The notes beneath the pieces are model-generated. The model had not been told where the DNA came from. It saw only the letters and a list, made by a program, of their open reading frames with translations, and did not search any database. A stretch of DNA of 64,000 nt from Balanoglossus misakiensis (taxonomy: Eukaryota > Animalia > Hemichordata), in the NCBI GenBank assembly GCA_040954595.2, contig CM082590.2, positions 4,526,001-4,590,000 on the forward strand. The letters run 5' to 3'. Of this stretch, positions 35,501 to 47,938 are shown one piece after another (position 1 is the first letter of the stretch; every line of letters begins with the position of its first letter). A program made the position numbers and the translations under genes.

Positions 35501-37896
35501 AAATGGTCTTATATATTTTACGTAATTTGTTTGACCTGGCATATTATAATTTACTACTTTAAAATCGTCACATCTACAATACCAATAGAAAATCATTGCG
35601 ATGATAGATACACGTTACAAACAGTGACAAGCCGTTTTTCTTGAAATGCTGAATTGCAAATATCTGCTTTTGACTGGCGTGTATGTCTAATTTTGGTCAG
35701 GGATTTCAGATCGCTTCCTTACAAGGCACCACGGAACAGTCACTAATAATTTAAACAATCGATTCGCTGGATGTTTCAAGCAATTCCCATGCTTACAGTT
35801 GAACAGATAGCTCCAAATGGCCTACAACATGTTCTCAACGGATGACCTCAAGTGACCCAACGTGCTCTGGATATAAGGCAGAATAATAAAAACCGCGAAA
35901 ACCTACCATTTTTCTAAAGACGTCATTTCAAGTTAAGAAACAACACTGAAAATTACTTTAACAATTCAGAAACGGATTCAGATAGAGATAACGTTCTCAT
36001 GATTTTTGTCTAACCGCTATAGGAAATAACACAGTTTAAAAATATAATAAACAGAATACACTTTACATAAATTATCCCTCGAACACTCTCTACAAAAAAT
36101 TCTCAACGTGGAAATGTTCATAATAATATATAATGAACTTTCAAATTGCATCAAAGAATAGCGTTATGGTTATGACTTTGTTTGCACCAGCTCCTTAAGG
36201 TAGTATGTTCTTCGGGGACATATTTTCAGTCAAGTTGTATTCCCCAAGCCTTTAAGGATGTACGCGCAGAACATAAACTAGAAAATGTGCGCATTCTCCA
36301 TAGGATTACATTAATAAATGCTAGAAAACATTCTTCTACTATTGTCATTTACACGAAATTTTACACATAGCTCAATCAAGTAAAATACATTCAGTGGTCA
36401 AATAAAATCGTATGGTCACCGCGCTCCATTTTGACATAAATTTCGTTAAATATTTTGCCCATACACAAACCATTGGTGAAAAATGCTGAGTCAGCAGTTT
36501 TCTTTTATTATCGACTAATTTCATGGCTCTGAAATTTAAAAACAGGCGTGGTGACTCCTATATTATTATACATACAAAGGTGAACCCAAAAATCTACAAT
36601 CAAAAGAAATGACAATACTTTCAATTTTACTGAACGTACATTATAGTTTTTGTATTATAGTGCGTGGGATTTTTTTTCTACATAGAAAACTGGGTATTCA
36701 CCATCTTGTTTTCATTTCTAAGGAGTTGATACAAAGATTGGTGGCCATTTTTGAACACGTGTTATTTGGTTCCTAATTTATTTCAATTTCATCGCTAGAA
36801 ACAAAAGGACTAAGTCAAAACGTTACAGTATGATATTCCGATTATTTATCACAATTTCGTTGATTCTCTGGTACAGCAACAGAACATAGTACGACCTACT
36901 TAGTAGAGATATCTCGACAATATGTCGGTCAGGTCACCTTGAGTGACTGAAGGTGTGTTTGCCTTATAGATTAACGTCCACACACAGTATCTACACTTTG
37001 ATTCTTTATCAATGTTATCATTAACAGGTACATTCAACGAGTGTCACCTAATTAATTAAGCTTATACGTCAAACTGTTTATCACTCAGGCAATAATTCGT
37101 GGGCTTAAGGGAGATCACTTCATTGAAAATGAGAATCGTACGTGTCATTGTGGATTGGAGACAACAACCCACATTAAGTATTAAGAATCATCCTGTACTA
37201 TTGTACATATAGATGTACAAACTTTTTTTAAGTTAACCCATGGTCGGTAATTATCAGGGCAAGTTAAATTTCAAATTTTAAAATCAACAACAAATCCCTT
37301 TCTCTTACAATGGTTGCTGGGTAGTCCATACTTACACTAATCATTGGCTTAGGAGGCAAAACTGATATTTTACATGATGATTTTACATGTAATATATTTA
37401 TTGCTTAAACATCATGTTATATTGTACATACAGGCGAACAAACCCTTTTTAATGTTAACCCTGGTCGAGAAATATCAGGGACCATATTAATTTTCAATCT
37501 TAAAATTAGCAACAAAACTCTTTCTCTCTAAATGCTTGTTTGGCAGTTTATATACTTGCACCTATCATTGGAAAGTACTGGTATATATTTAACGCGCGTA
37601 TATATTTTTTGAACACTATTTCTGTTTAAAAACAAATCTGGAGAAAAATAAGATCTCTGCCACGTTTATGTTTACATGTTTAGTGGCTGAATATGATCAA
37701 GACACCTTACGTAGGATCATGTGTAGAGCAGAGTGAAAAAATTGACAAGAAGAAAGGAATTGGCATAAATATCTGTCGAGACAACAAAGGTATTTGATAA
37801 ACTTAATTTTGGTCAATTCTCGGGGTCAACCTTTACCATAATAACGACAGTGTCTGATCAACTTTGTAAATCCATGCACACCGGTCCATGTGCTTA

Positions 37897-39231
37897 GGCC
37901 AAAAAAAAAAGAGTTTTGTTTAGCGTCCTCGCGCGCGTCACTTTTAAACATGCGCGTCGAGGCTTTTTTTTTCGTAATTTTCGAACCCGGAAATCAACAG
38001 TTCAGTGTTTTCTCCAGGACGCGCGATCGCGCGATTCCCCCTATTTTACACTTGAAGCGCCCCTTGTAACAAGTTCAGGGGGCGGCAATCGCCCCTTCGT
38101 GAGCAGCCCACCCGGCCTGTACATGCGCGTCCAAGCCTCAATAGCAGGCACCGTCAGTCAAAACACTGGGAAAACGGCCGATATTACTGCGTGCTGGCCT
38201 ATACATTTCAACTTCCCACCCCCCAAAACTATGTTGTAGATGACTTTCACATTCATTCACGTGTAATTTAGCTCCAGGGCTGTAGTGTGCAATTGTTGGA
38301 ACAGCCTATCTGGATACCGTCTAAATTTAGAGCACACACTCTGCACTCAAGTGAACTTGTTGTTATGGCGACTTTTGAAATTGGGTTGGCAAAACGTAAC
38401 AATTTTATGCAAATTAAAGAAACTGCGTTCCTGCCATGGCGATTATCAAGAATGTATCAGTTTTCCATGACCTTGTTTTCTTACTTAGAAAGGAAAGTCA
38501 TTCAATATGTACAGAGACTGTTTATTTGAGTAGTGTGCCTAGCCACAGATGGGGATGTGTAGGCAGAAATCTGAAGAAATATATACCACTTCAATTTATT
38601 TAACTATTAATGGTTTCACAATCTAATATTTTGGCAGCTATAAAACTGAAACTTTTAAAATCAAACAAGAATTTTTTTCTCAGGTATAGTATTAAAGAAA
38701 GACACTATTGTTTTTGCAGTTGCATTTTTTTTTATTCATTTCACTCTACTTGCCAGGGGAGCAGTTAATCAGTCACTCTCCTACCACTTGTGTAATTAAT
38801 TTCAGGAGAGTTATTTTCAGCTCTCCAGCATTTTTTAAATTACATGCCCTGAAAGTTATGCAAGCTGGTGTCTTCCTCTGCAAAATCTACTAATTTGAAG
38901 TAGAAAAAACTGTAACTGTTAATATGTTGTCAAGTTCACATGTAAAGTGTTGTAATTTACTTATGCTTTTTTTAATATGGAATGAAGGCAGTTAGTAAGT
39001 TAACCTTCAAAATTGTCATTCCTTGATGTTTACCTAATTAACATAAATTATGCAAATCATGATTCCCCCCTACTTTGACCAAATCCCCCCCTTAATTTTG
39101 GACTATTAAAGAAATATTTGCTGTTCTTGTTTCGCAGAAAAAAAAAAGAAAAAAAAAAAAAAGAAACCGCGTCACCGCATCAATTTTGAGATTTTGCTTG
39201 GACGCTAAACAAAACTCTTTTTTTTTTGGCC
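37897..39231. mobile_element. Non-autonomous PIF/Harbinger-like element
   Basis: TTA TSD and a ~32-bp TIR GGCCAAAAAAAAAAGAGTTTTGTTTAGCGTCC. An empty-site version (gtgcttacttcaa) is at ~34355. Confidence 0.82.
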
Positions 39232-40849
39232 TTATTTCAATAACTAGTAAAGATCAACGCTATATTTCAACCCTCTAACTTTATACAATCTGTAATCACA
39301 ATACTAGGCTTAAAATTTGGTAGGGGGCTTCTAAATATGTTTAGTTTAATGGCATTCTTCCTGTAGATAATTTTCTAGATACTCTGAAATTTGGATTTGT
39401 CTTAGCAGGTCATTCATTGCTTAAAAGGTAACAATTCGTTTACATATTTTATCTTTTCAAATGTAAATGTGATCATGGAAGAGATAATTACTAAACACGT
39501 GTGGGCGATGTCAAAATTAGCAATACCTCTATATTACATCCCCACAATAAAATGGTCGCGTCTGACTTGGTATTATCCTATCACAGCGCTAACGCGTATA
39601 GTGGCAGACGAGTATGCGTGTTGCTTAAACGCTCGTACGCGGCCATGGTAACCATGGTGCGGCATCCAGCTATGCCACTGAACGATTAGCGTGCATTAGT
39701 ACCGTGAAGTTTGTTTCTTCACATTAATAAAGTATTGCATGTCTAAAATATATAACGCTCTCTTATTCTGACTAAGTCTTACAGCTGACATATAAATCAG
39801 AGTTAGTAGCAATAGAGAAATACAATCTTACCTGTCACAACAAATGGCGGAACTTTTCTACACGGTCACACAGCACCACATCTTATGCAGCTCACGGCCA
39901 GTCGAATAATGTCGACAACCGGTGTGGGTAGATGAGAATGACTGGGTGTGTTAATGTGCAAAGCTGTTTATTGGTTAATTTTTTAGTTCAACTGATAAAA
40001 ATGACGTCAATCACTCCGGACAGACCTAACAGAATGTCCAGTGTGGAATAACTAATTATTTCAACTATTGACGACTCTGTCTCTAATTACAAATCTGATT
40101 GTCCCTGTAACAATGACCTGGCTGTGATCCAGCGCAGCCACTGGTACCGGTTGGAACAGAAATATATTATCACCATTCCGTTTAATTCATTTCTCAGAAT
40201 TGTTTTTCAATGCATGATATCATTCAACATTTCTAATACATTTGAAATAAACAGCTTACTACGCTTACATTCTTACATTCTAAGCTTGACATTTTTATAT
40301 CTGTGGCGGAATATAAGAATATAATCAGTTGTTGATATAAACAGAGGCCACATTGACTGCACATCAGAAAATCTTGGTGTAAGTAGCTAATACATATAAG
40401 TCAGGTAGGGTGAACACACTCACGCTGGAAATATTTTATTAACCATCTGACATGTAAATTGCAACGTTTGGCTTTATTGTAGGCTATTACGGTTTAAGGC
40501 AGCGTTCACAAACATTATTGGAGGGCCATGATTATTAAGGAAAAAACATTGTCATTTTATTCTAACAACTCCTGGCACCTGCAAACAATTCAAGTCAGCC
40601 TACCCACTTCCTTTCCAAAATTATTTAATTTTAGAGACGGACACTGCGCTGTGAAGCATTAATAACTGACCAAAAGGGGATTAAATATTTACTTTAACAT
40701 GTTCCAGTATGTTTTATCCTTGCTGCAATTTTGTCTTCTGTTCATGTTCTTTTCTTGCTCATTCCCAATAAAATTGGTTAGCAGATTTTCTCTACCTGCA
40801 ATTATTAAATACAATTTTGTTTTGCTTGATTGTATCAAAGACTCTAGAG

Positions 40850-41340
40850 TCTATGGTTGTATTGGAGGATGGTGGTCGTGATTGTGTTGACCTGTTTATT
40901 TTGTATGACCGAATACTATCTTTAATCCTCCAGACAGGATTTGATAGCTGTCTGCTGTTTGCATGTTTGCTGTGTGTGAACGAATAGGCGTGGTTGTTGT
41001 GACGCGTCCTGAATGTGCGGTCAGTCAATCAAATACAACACCTCACATCACCTTTGCTCGAAGTGACTTGATATTGTGGACGATGACCTGACATTGTCCA
41101 TCAAGAGGGCAGTGGACCTTGGTGCAGCAAAGACATGGGGGGATTTTTTGGTTGTTGTTGATTGTTGTTGTTGTTGTTGTTCAATATTGCACCGATTGTA
41201 TGAGTTGATTGGACTCACAATGTTTCCCCTGCAGCTGTAACTGATATTCAAGTTGTAGTTTTCAAACTCTTATTCGGTTTGGGTGACTTTGGGTAATGCC
41301 TCTTGGTAAGACGTGGAAACATACCTCCGATGGTGGTCAT
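40850..41340 (-). mobile_element. Degenerate Penelope-like element fragment (RT C-terminus / GIY-YIG region)
   Basis: Frameshifted pieces NISYSCRGNI..NSYN and TFRTRHNNHAYSF..NSRQLSNPVWRIKD resemble Penelope motifs. Confidence 0.65.
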
Positions 41341-43939
41341 AACATTATTGTTGTAATTCTTTTTTTTTCAAACCTGTTGATGTTAATTTGTGTTTTTGTT
41401 CTTATGCGGCATTTATCATCACTGAATACACTAGCTTTGAGTGTATAATTGCAGAAAAAATGCTGATTGATTGAATTCCTTTGTTTCACATGAAATACAG
41501 AATACTCGCGTGCTTTGAGGGATTACGTTTATACAAATGTCGAATACTTCCGATAATTATTACCTTTTAGATGTCCTTTTAAACTGTCTAAATTATCTGA
41601 TATTTAGAATGTCCCTCGTTAACCCAATTTTCAATTGTGGTAAAATAAAAAAACGTTTGGTCACTCTTATATGTATATGTTACATTTCGGTATTTTTGTT
41701 ATAAAGTGGGCTCGAATATACGCAAAGTAACACTGCATGTATACGCTTGTATTAGTGGGAGGGGGAAGCACCTGGCTGGTTGACACACGGGAATTGACAC
41801 TTCTATTTGTTCTGTAGAAACCATGGGTGAGGGACTGAGATAATCTTTGCACACATTGGCATTACAGCGTGGTGATTTGAACTTTGGCAATTTATTAGTA
41901 GCACTCCAAACTCCATCTATCTTAGACCACAGTCACTCTGTTTCAAATGCTGTACACGTATATGAGGGACTGTTTTCAAAAAGATACTAAAGAAGGCGAT
42001 AATTATCGCAAAATTCCAATATTTTTAAAAGGCTCTACTCAAAGTGGGTGCAATTACCATTGTAAACCGATATTAATTCATTCTTGCTTTTACCACAGCA
42101 ATCACACAAACTCAAACGTTTGTACACTATGCAATACGGTATGGGAACTTCACAGAAGATATGTGAAACAATTTCCTATGACCACTGTTCATGTGGGAAT
42201 GATCGGATTTAGTGATATGATTATTTAGAGTTTATTTTTCAGGTTTAACAGGCGGGCTGGAGGTGTTGATGCTGCGTGGACTTTAGCATATTCTCGGTGT
42301 GGGGTTGGGCTACACTACATGCAACTTGCATGTGCCATCTTGTTTCAGAGTCGTTTTGCTGCCATGTCCCCAGACTCTCTTCTTGCTTTGGCGATAGCCC
42401 GCGCGAAGGAGTCTGGGTAACCGAGACTAGGGTTTAAAGTTCCCTATCTACACTGCGTAATGTTTAAGTGATTTAGGAGTGGAATGGTCGGAGTCTTGTA
42501 GTTATATCGTAGTATGCCAACCCAGCGGGGGCGCTCGTCATGTCACGGTCCTGTCGGCCGAATTGCAGGATGGGTGGGCGGGTGGGAGCTTGAGTCTTAA
42601 CCCGCCGTATAGTGAGATGTCACCAGATGCACTACTTTCTCTATATTTATATGCTAGTATATACATATTCATAAATCTATGCATATTCATCCTAGGTTTA
42701 ACCAATCATCACGCAGTGTAGACAGCGTCGTAATTGATACTGAGATGGCCATACACTACAGCGCCATCTGTGGTAGCATTTGATGATGCCTAGGGTGTGG
42801 AAGGGACATGCGCAGTCGGATCGAGTCGGGGGAGGGGGGGGGGCAGAGTTCAAATGTAATGTTGTGTATAATGTAAGTCGTGCTAGTGACGTCTGTCATG
42901 TCTATGAATAAATCTTCTCGATAGTAGACAACCAGACCAGTGTCCTGTGCATTTGGTATTTAGCATGTAAATAGGGGAAAAGCGATATCTGGAAAGAGGG
43001 GTGATAAAACATCCAAAAATACAAAACATAGTCCCCCTTTACATCAAAATGCTCTATTTCCTTATTATTAGTGTCGATTTATTTCATGTCGCTTGAGATA
43101 AGCGTTGAGTCAAAGTTTATTACTGAACCAAAATGTCTGCGAAATATTGGCATTTATGCTTGAGAATATTTCTTTTCTTCTTAATCCATATTTCTGTACT
43201 TGTAACAGGCGTCACTGATATCTAGATCGCAGATACCCTTCAGACCAATGGTCGCAAACCACGGCCTCTTTAAGGCAACAGTTTAAGCTAGAAGAGGATT
43301 CACGTTCCAAGTTAAACTCACTCACAGCCCCTCTCGCCGCCCACACAGACCTATACATGTCATCTATATCAACTCGACCTACACCGGTGTTACCTTCATG
43401 TATCGAGTGCTTATCCTTTGCTAAACTGTTGAGGGCGCGTCACTTTACGTCAAAATGCTCTATTTCCTCGTCCCTTCATCCAGAGAGCAGCGATTCTTCT
43501 CTGTCCATGTTATGCCAGAAAGCTGATACGACACCCTATTAACAGAACCCGGCACAACCCACCAGATAATGGTGCAATCCAAGCTGCCTCCGCCGTCCCT
43601 TCACTATAACCGACTACAGAATGACAATCAAAAATGCTTCACCGATAACACTTTTGAGTATATTGGTCAAAGAGGTTCTACATAAACGTTTTAAGTGGCT
43701 CTTCTTCGAGATGGAATGGTTTTGTGTGAATATAGCACTGGCGCGCGAAGCGATCGAAACTACCGCATTGAACGAGCCCTCCTACCCAGCGTTCCCGGGT
43801 GTCATTGCCTGAGCATGCGTAGAAGTAGTACGAGGCAATCTGGCGCGCGACAATGTGTAGGCCACATTAGCTCGAGTGAACTAAATTTGACTGTTTTTCG
43901 GAGTTTTTCCACGCATTTCCTTTTAAAGAATAGAGTGTG

Positions 43940-44650
43940 GTTCTGTCCGACCTCAGACATTTACCGACTGTGTTCAAGACTGGTTTTTAAACGAACCGGG
44001 TGAATTATTCGTGATTGAATTAGGCCTATGTCCGCTGTCACGTTGTAGGCTGCCGGGCTGGCCGCCCTAACTAGCTACCGCCCAGGGAAGTGTGTTACGA
44101 TGTACTGTAGGACTAGACTAGACTGGTTTTTGGTGTGGTCTGTGGTTGCTTGAGCTTGGACTAAGTGTTGTCGCAGGTGCCTTTGGAAAGCTAACTTCAG
44201 CGTTCTGGGTCTCTAGCAACTTGAGTTAGAGATCTGGTTCGGGGCACTAGCGTCAGTGCTGGTTCAACCTTGGGTCAACATGGGTCTTTTCATGTTGCTT
44301 GTTTTTCAGCTCGGTTCCGTCGTTATAGCGACGGGCCAGTCTGCTCAGATGGCGATGTAAATATCAAAAGCAGTCGATAGTGGTTAGGTCAGAGTGCAGT
44401 GTTGATGATATTTCAAGCAACGGAAGGGCTAGTTCCTTGGAAAATTTATGCAAAACTTGCAGTAGAATATAATTGCATGAATATATATTTAAGTGATTTC
44501 TTAAGTCTTGCTCTTGCAGCCTGCACATAAAATTAAATTGAAAACTCAAATTACCGAGTTGAAAGTAAAACTTCTGGGCGCATTTATTAACCCTTTAGGC
44601 GTGTAAATGTTTCTTGATTGGTGTATAGTAGATGGAAATCAATAGATTGT
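43940..44650. repeat. Near-identical copy of window positions 1-~700 (downstream flank of gene A)
   Basis: Positions 1-340 match 43940-44279 exactly (offset 43939); after that there are scattered substitutions and indels. Confidence 0.92.
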
Positions 44651-45669
44651 TTTAAAGAGGCCAGCTGTTCTATTTAGTGTATGTACAGTACATATGCCAT
44701 TGGCAGCTTATGGGTCAGTCAGTACTTGCCCATTGATCTCTCGCTATGTGTGTCTGTCTGTATGTGTATGGCCATGTACTCCGGTGTAGACTTTTTCTTG
44801 TGTAATAACTCAATGGGACCACTGTGTCCTTGACGCGATTTTTACATTTCCATATTTAGATATGGTTAGGTCATATCTGCTTGCCAATGTTACCTGCAGT
44901 GTTCTCTAAACAAACATAATTTTTAAAGCTTTGAGTCAATTTGAAGATTTATAAGAAGTTCTCTGAATCTTTACTTTGCATGCATTGTGGATAATTTCCT
45001 TGAGTCACCAGTGAGTCAGTGGTGCATCATATGGGCTTAGAGGGCACACTCACATTGACAAAACTATACCCCAAAGCGTTGCATAATGGTCCCAAGCAGA
45101 CATACATTTCCATAACTTCGCCTCCATAGGTGTAGGAACCAGAAGGGGGGGGGGGGGGGTCACTTGCCCCCCCCCCCCCATCCAATGCTGAAGTACGGGG
45201 GGGGGGGGGCAAAGAAATACTTGTGCCCCCCCCCCCCCAACTTTAGGGACAAAAAAATGTGGTTTGGAGATTGTTATATTACAAAATTTTCTAATGTCAG
45301 AGGGGGACACCCCTTCCCACACTCACCCCTTTCATTCTTTCACACCTTTCATGTATTGCCTGGTGTACCTGCGCAGAGTACTTGCCCCCCCCCCCCCCCA
45401 CCATCAATGCTAACTTTGATCGGCGAAGGTTAAATTTGTCCTCCCCAACATCGTAGAGTTAATTTGCTTTTGAGTTCATTAAAATGCAGCTTTGAGCTCT
45501 GTATTTAATAAAATTTTCTAACATGGGAGGGGGCACCCACTCCCAAACCCATCTTTACCAATTCTACTAACTATTGTAATGACTTGTCCTTTTAATTTGT
45601 TCATATATTAATTTAATTATTTTAATTTATTCATGTATGCACATTTCCATTGTAAGTCATTCACCACAA

Positions 45670-45943
45670 GAATGTAGGTTACATTTGCACCCCCCCCCCC
45701 ACCATGAATTGCTCCCTAAGCCACTTGCCTCGCAAATTATTCGTACAATGTGTACTTTCATCCATTTGAATAAGGCTTCCAACAAAAGGTATTACATAAT
45801 TAAATGTAGATTTAAAAATTATTTTTCAGTTAAAATGAATATAGTGCAAACAAATTCTGAAAATATTGTCTCAATTTTATTCAAACCAAATTGCCAATAT
45901 TGAAATGAATTCTTCAAATACATGTCATCAATAATTGAAATAT
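45670..45943. repeat. Copy of 1125-1528 (with an internal deletion); second shared downstream block
   Basis: Shared gttacatttg..ccatgaattgctccctaag..catgtcatcaataattgaaatat. Confidence 0.85.
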
Positions 45944-46079
45944 GAGGGGTAAGTTCAGTATGTTCTAAAATAATTCAATACAAACAAAGTTGTCCTAATC
46001 ATGTCATCAATAATTGAAATATGAGGGGTAAATTCAGTATGGTCTAAAATAATTTAATACAAACAAAGTTGTCTTAATC
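45922..46079. repeat. 79-bp tandem duplication at the edge of the shared downstream block
   Basis: atgtcatcaataattgaaatatgaggggtaa..caaagttgtc.taatc occurs twice. Confidence 0.8.
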
Positions 46080-47938
46080 GTGACAGCTGTCCCTGACACA
46101 GATGTACACATGGCCAATACGGGCACTGGCTAAACACATCTGTTTGACCCACATCTATTCACTTCACAAGTTTACCTTCACACTGATAAACTAGGGATTG
46201 ACCAACCAGGTTAACATATTTGGGGGAAAATGTCCTTAAAGCATAGAAGGGATGCTTTTACAGGAACAAAATCCGAAACAAAAGGGTCAGATCCGAGTGA
46301 ATAATCCATGCTGGCCAGTTTCTGTGTGGGGGATATTTGTGTTGTGAAATTACAAGCTTGATACTTCACATATTCTTTAAAACACAATGTAGAAAACGTA
46401 CATACAACAAGATTTTGAAAGGAAACATAACATTAACTGTGACTTGGGAGTATTACCAATTTGTGTATATTGAACATATCTGTAGCGATAACAATAAGAT
46501 GTGGTTTAAGTATTTTATCGACAAAATTATCAGATTGTACAGATGGTCTTAGAAAAACCTTGGTTATTGAGCTGTCTTAAACACAGAAACTCCTGAAGTT
46601 TTTTGTCCTATTACTGAATATTCAAGCCGATATTGTCATTGCAATTAACCTTGTCCCTGTTGGATCAATGGATAAAGAGAACACTGAGTTAACATGATAT
46701 AAAGTCTGTCCCCACATGTCTGAGTAATGGTCCCATACATGAGAATTCACTGACAGATGGAATGTTATCTTTAAGACAGTTGGTTTTGATCCAATGGAAA
46801 TGAAACAAATCCATTTAATTTTGCATACATCACACATTGATATGCATAATTAAAGACATTAAACCTGTGACAGAAAAAAATAACATACCGCATATATTTC
46901 AAGTTCTGCAAAAAATACAAGTCACAAATAGTATTATATTAACACACCAAAAACTACCTTATATTCATAAACTTAGCCCGAAAGTTGCAAATGAATGTTT
47001 TAATGGAAACATTCATGATTCAAGAGGACATTAAAACATGAAATTATTGATAGTTTTAAAAACGCAAGTTACATAATTCTACATTGATGCACAATTCATA
47101 TTAGAACTTGGTGTAAGGACAGACAATCTCCTTCTCTCTCTATTAAACATAGATTTGGCTACACATCAACAGAATGTGTTTAATGTCAGCTGTGGTATAC
47201 TAGTCCATAAAAGACATCCCCACTTAAAATGCAAATATAAATTGAGATACTCCAATCCAATTAACCTTGGTCATTTGATTATGTTACAAATGCAACCTCA
47301 AAGTGAATTCTCTCACAAGAAGATTGAAAGGCCACATTTTTGTTTATCAAATCATAGGATTGGTCTCTGCACATAGGATACTGCATGAGCAGTGTTCCCA
47401 TCATATAGCAAGTGCTTAAGACGTCATTTCATCCACTTTGACAAAGTTTTTTGGCCTATGAACATATGGTAAATGGGGCATCTAACTGGAAGATCTATTG
47501 TATAATTTGCTACAATTAAAAACAATTCCTACCATATCTAACCAAAGATCAAACATGAAATATTTCACTCTTTTGTCGAAATTTGACATTAATGGAACTG
47601 TTTGTGGGATGTATCCGAATAAAATGTATATATTTTAGTATTCCTTGTACTTGGAAATAATGTCACAACTCTGCCATTATATACACAATGCGAAATACAG
47701 TTACTGCGTAGTACATGTGTGGCCAGATCCAAATTCTGTAGTGTTTGGAATCTACCAGTCTTGCACCCTCATGAGATGTTTGAGAGTACATTATGGATGC
47801 TAGGGTGTATTGATGGAAATGTTCGATTTATGTTTTGGTAACATTCATGCCCATGTATTGTGCTATCACAGATACAATACCGTATGTTAACGTAGAGTAT
47901 TGTGATAATCTTTGGGTGACACCCACATCAGTATGTCT

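Larger units (their letters stand above)
31420..39770. repeat. Old degenerate triplicated blocks
   Basis: ttgattctct.gtac.gca.cagaa at ~31436, 33903 and 36860; tttggtcaa.ttc..gggtca..gacagtg..tgatcaactttgta at ~33169, 34273 and 37808; acacgtgtgggcgatgtcaaaat at ~33629 and 39496. Confidence 0.7.

Noticed and set aside
42717-42965. Possible solo LTR (AATAAA followed by ..CA)
   Set aside because: I could not find a matching TSD, PBS/PPT or a second copy.
45120-45430. Poly-G/poly-C tracts and proline-rich ORFs
   Set aside because: Low-complexity sequence typical of small MITE remnants; the ORFs are compositional artefacts and no boundaries could be defined.
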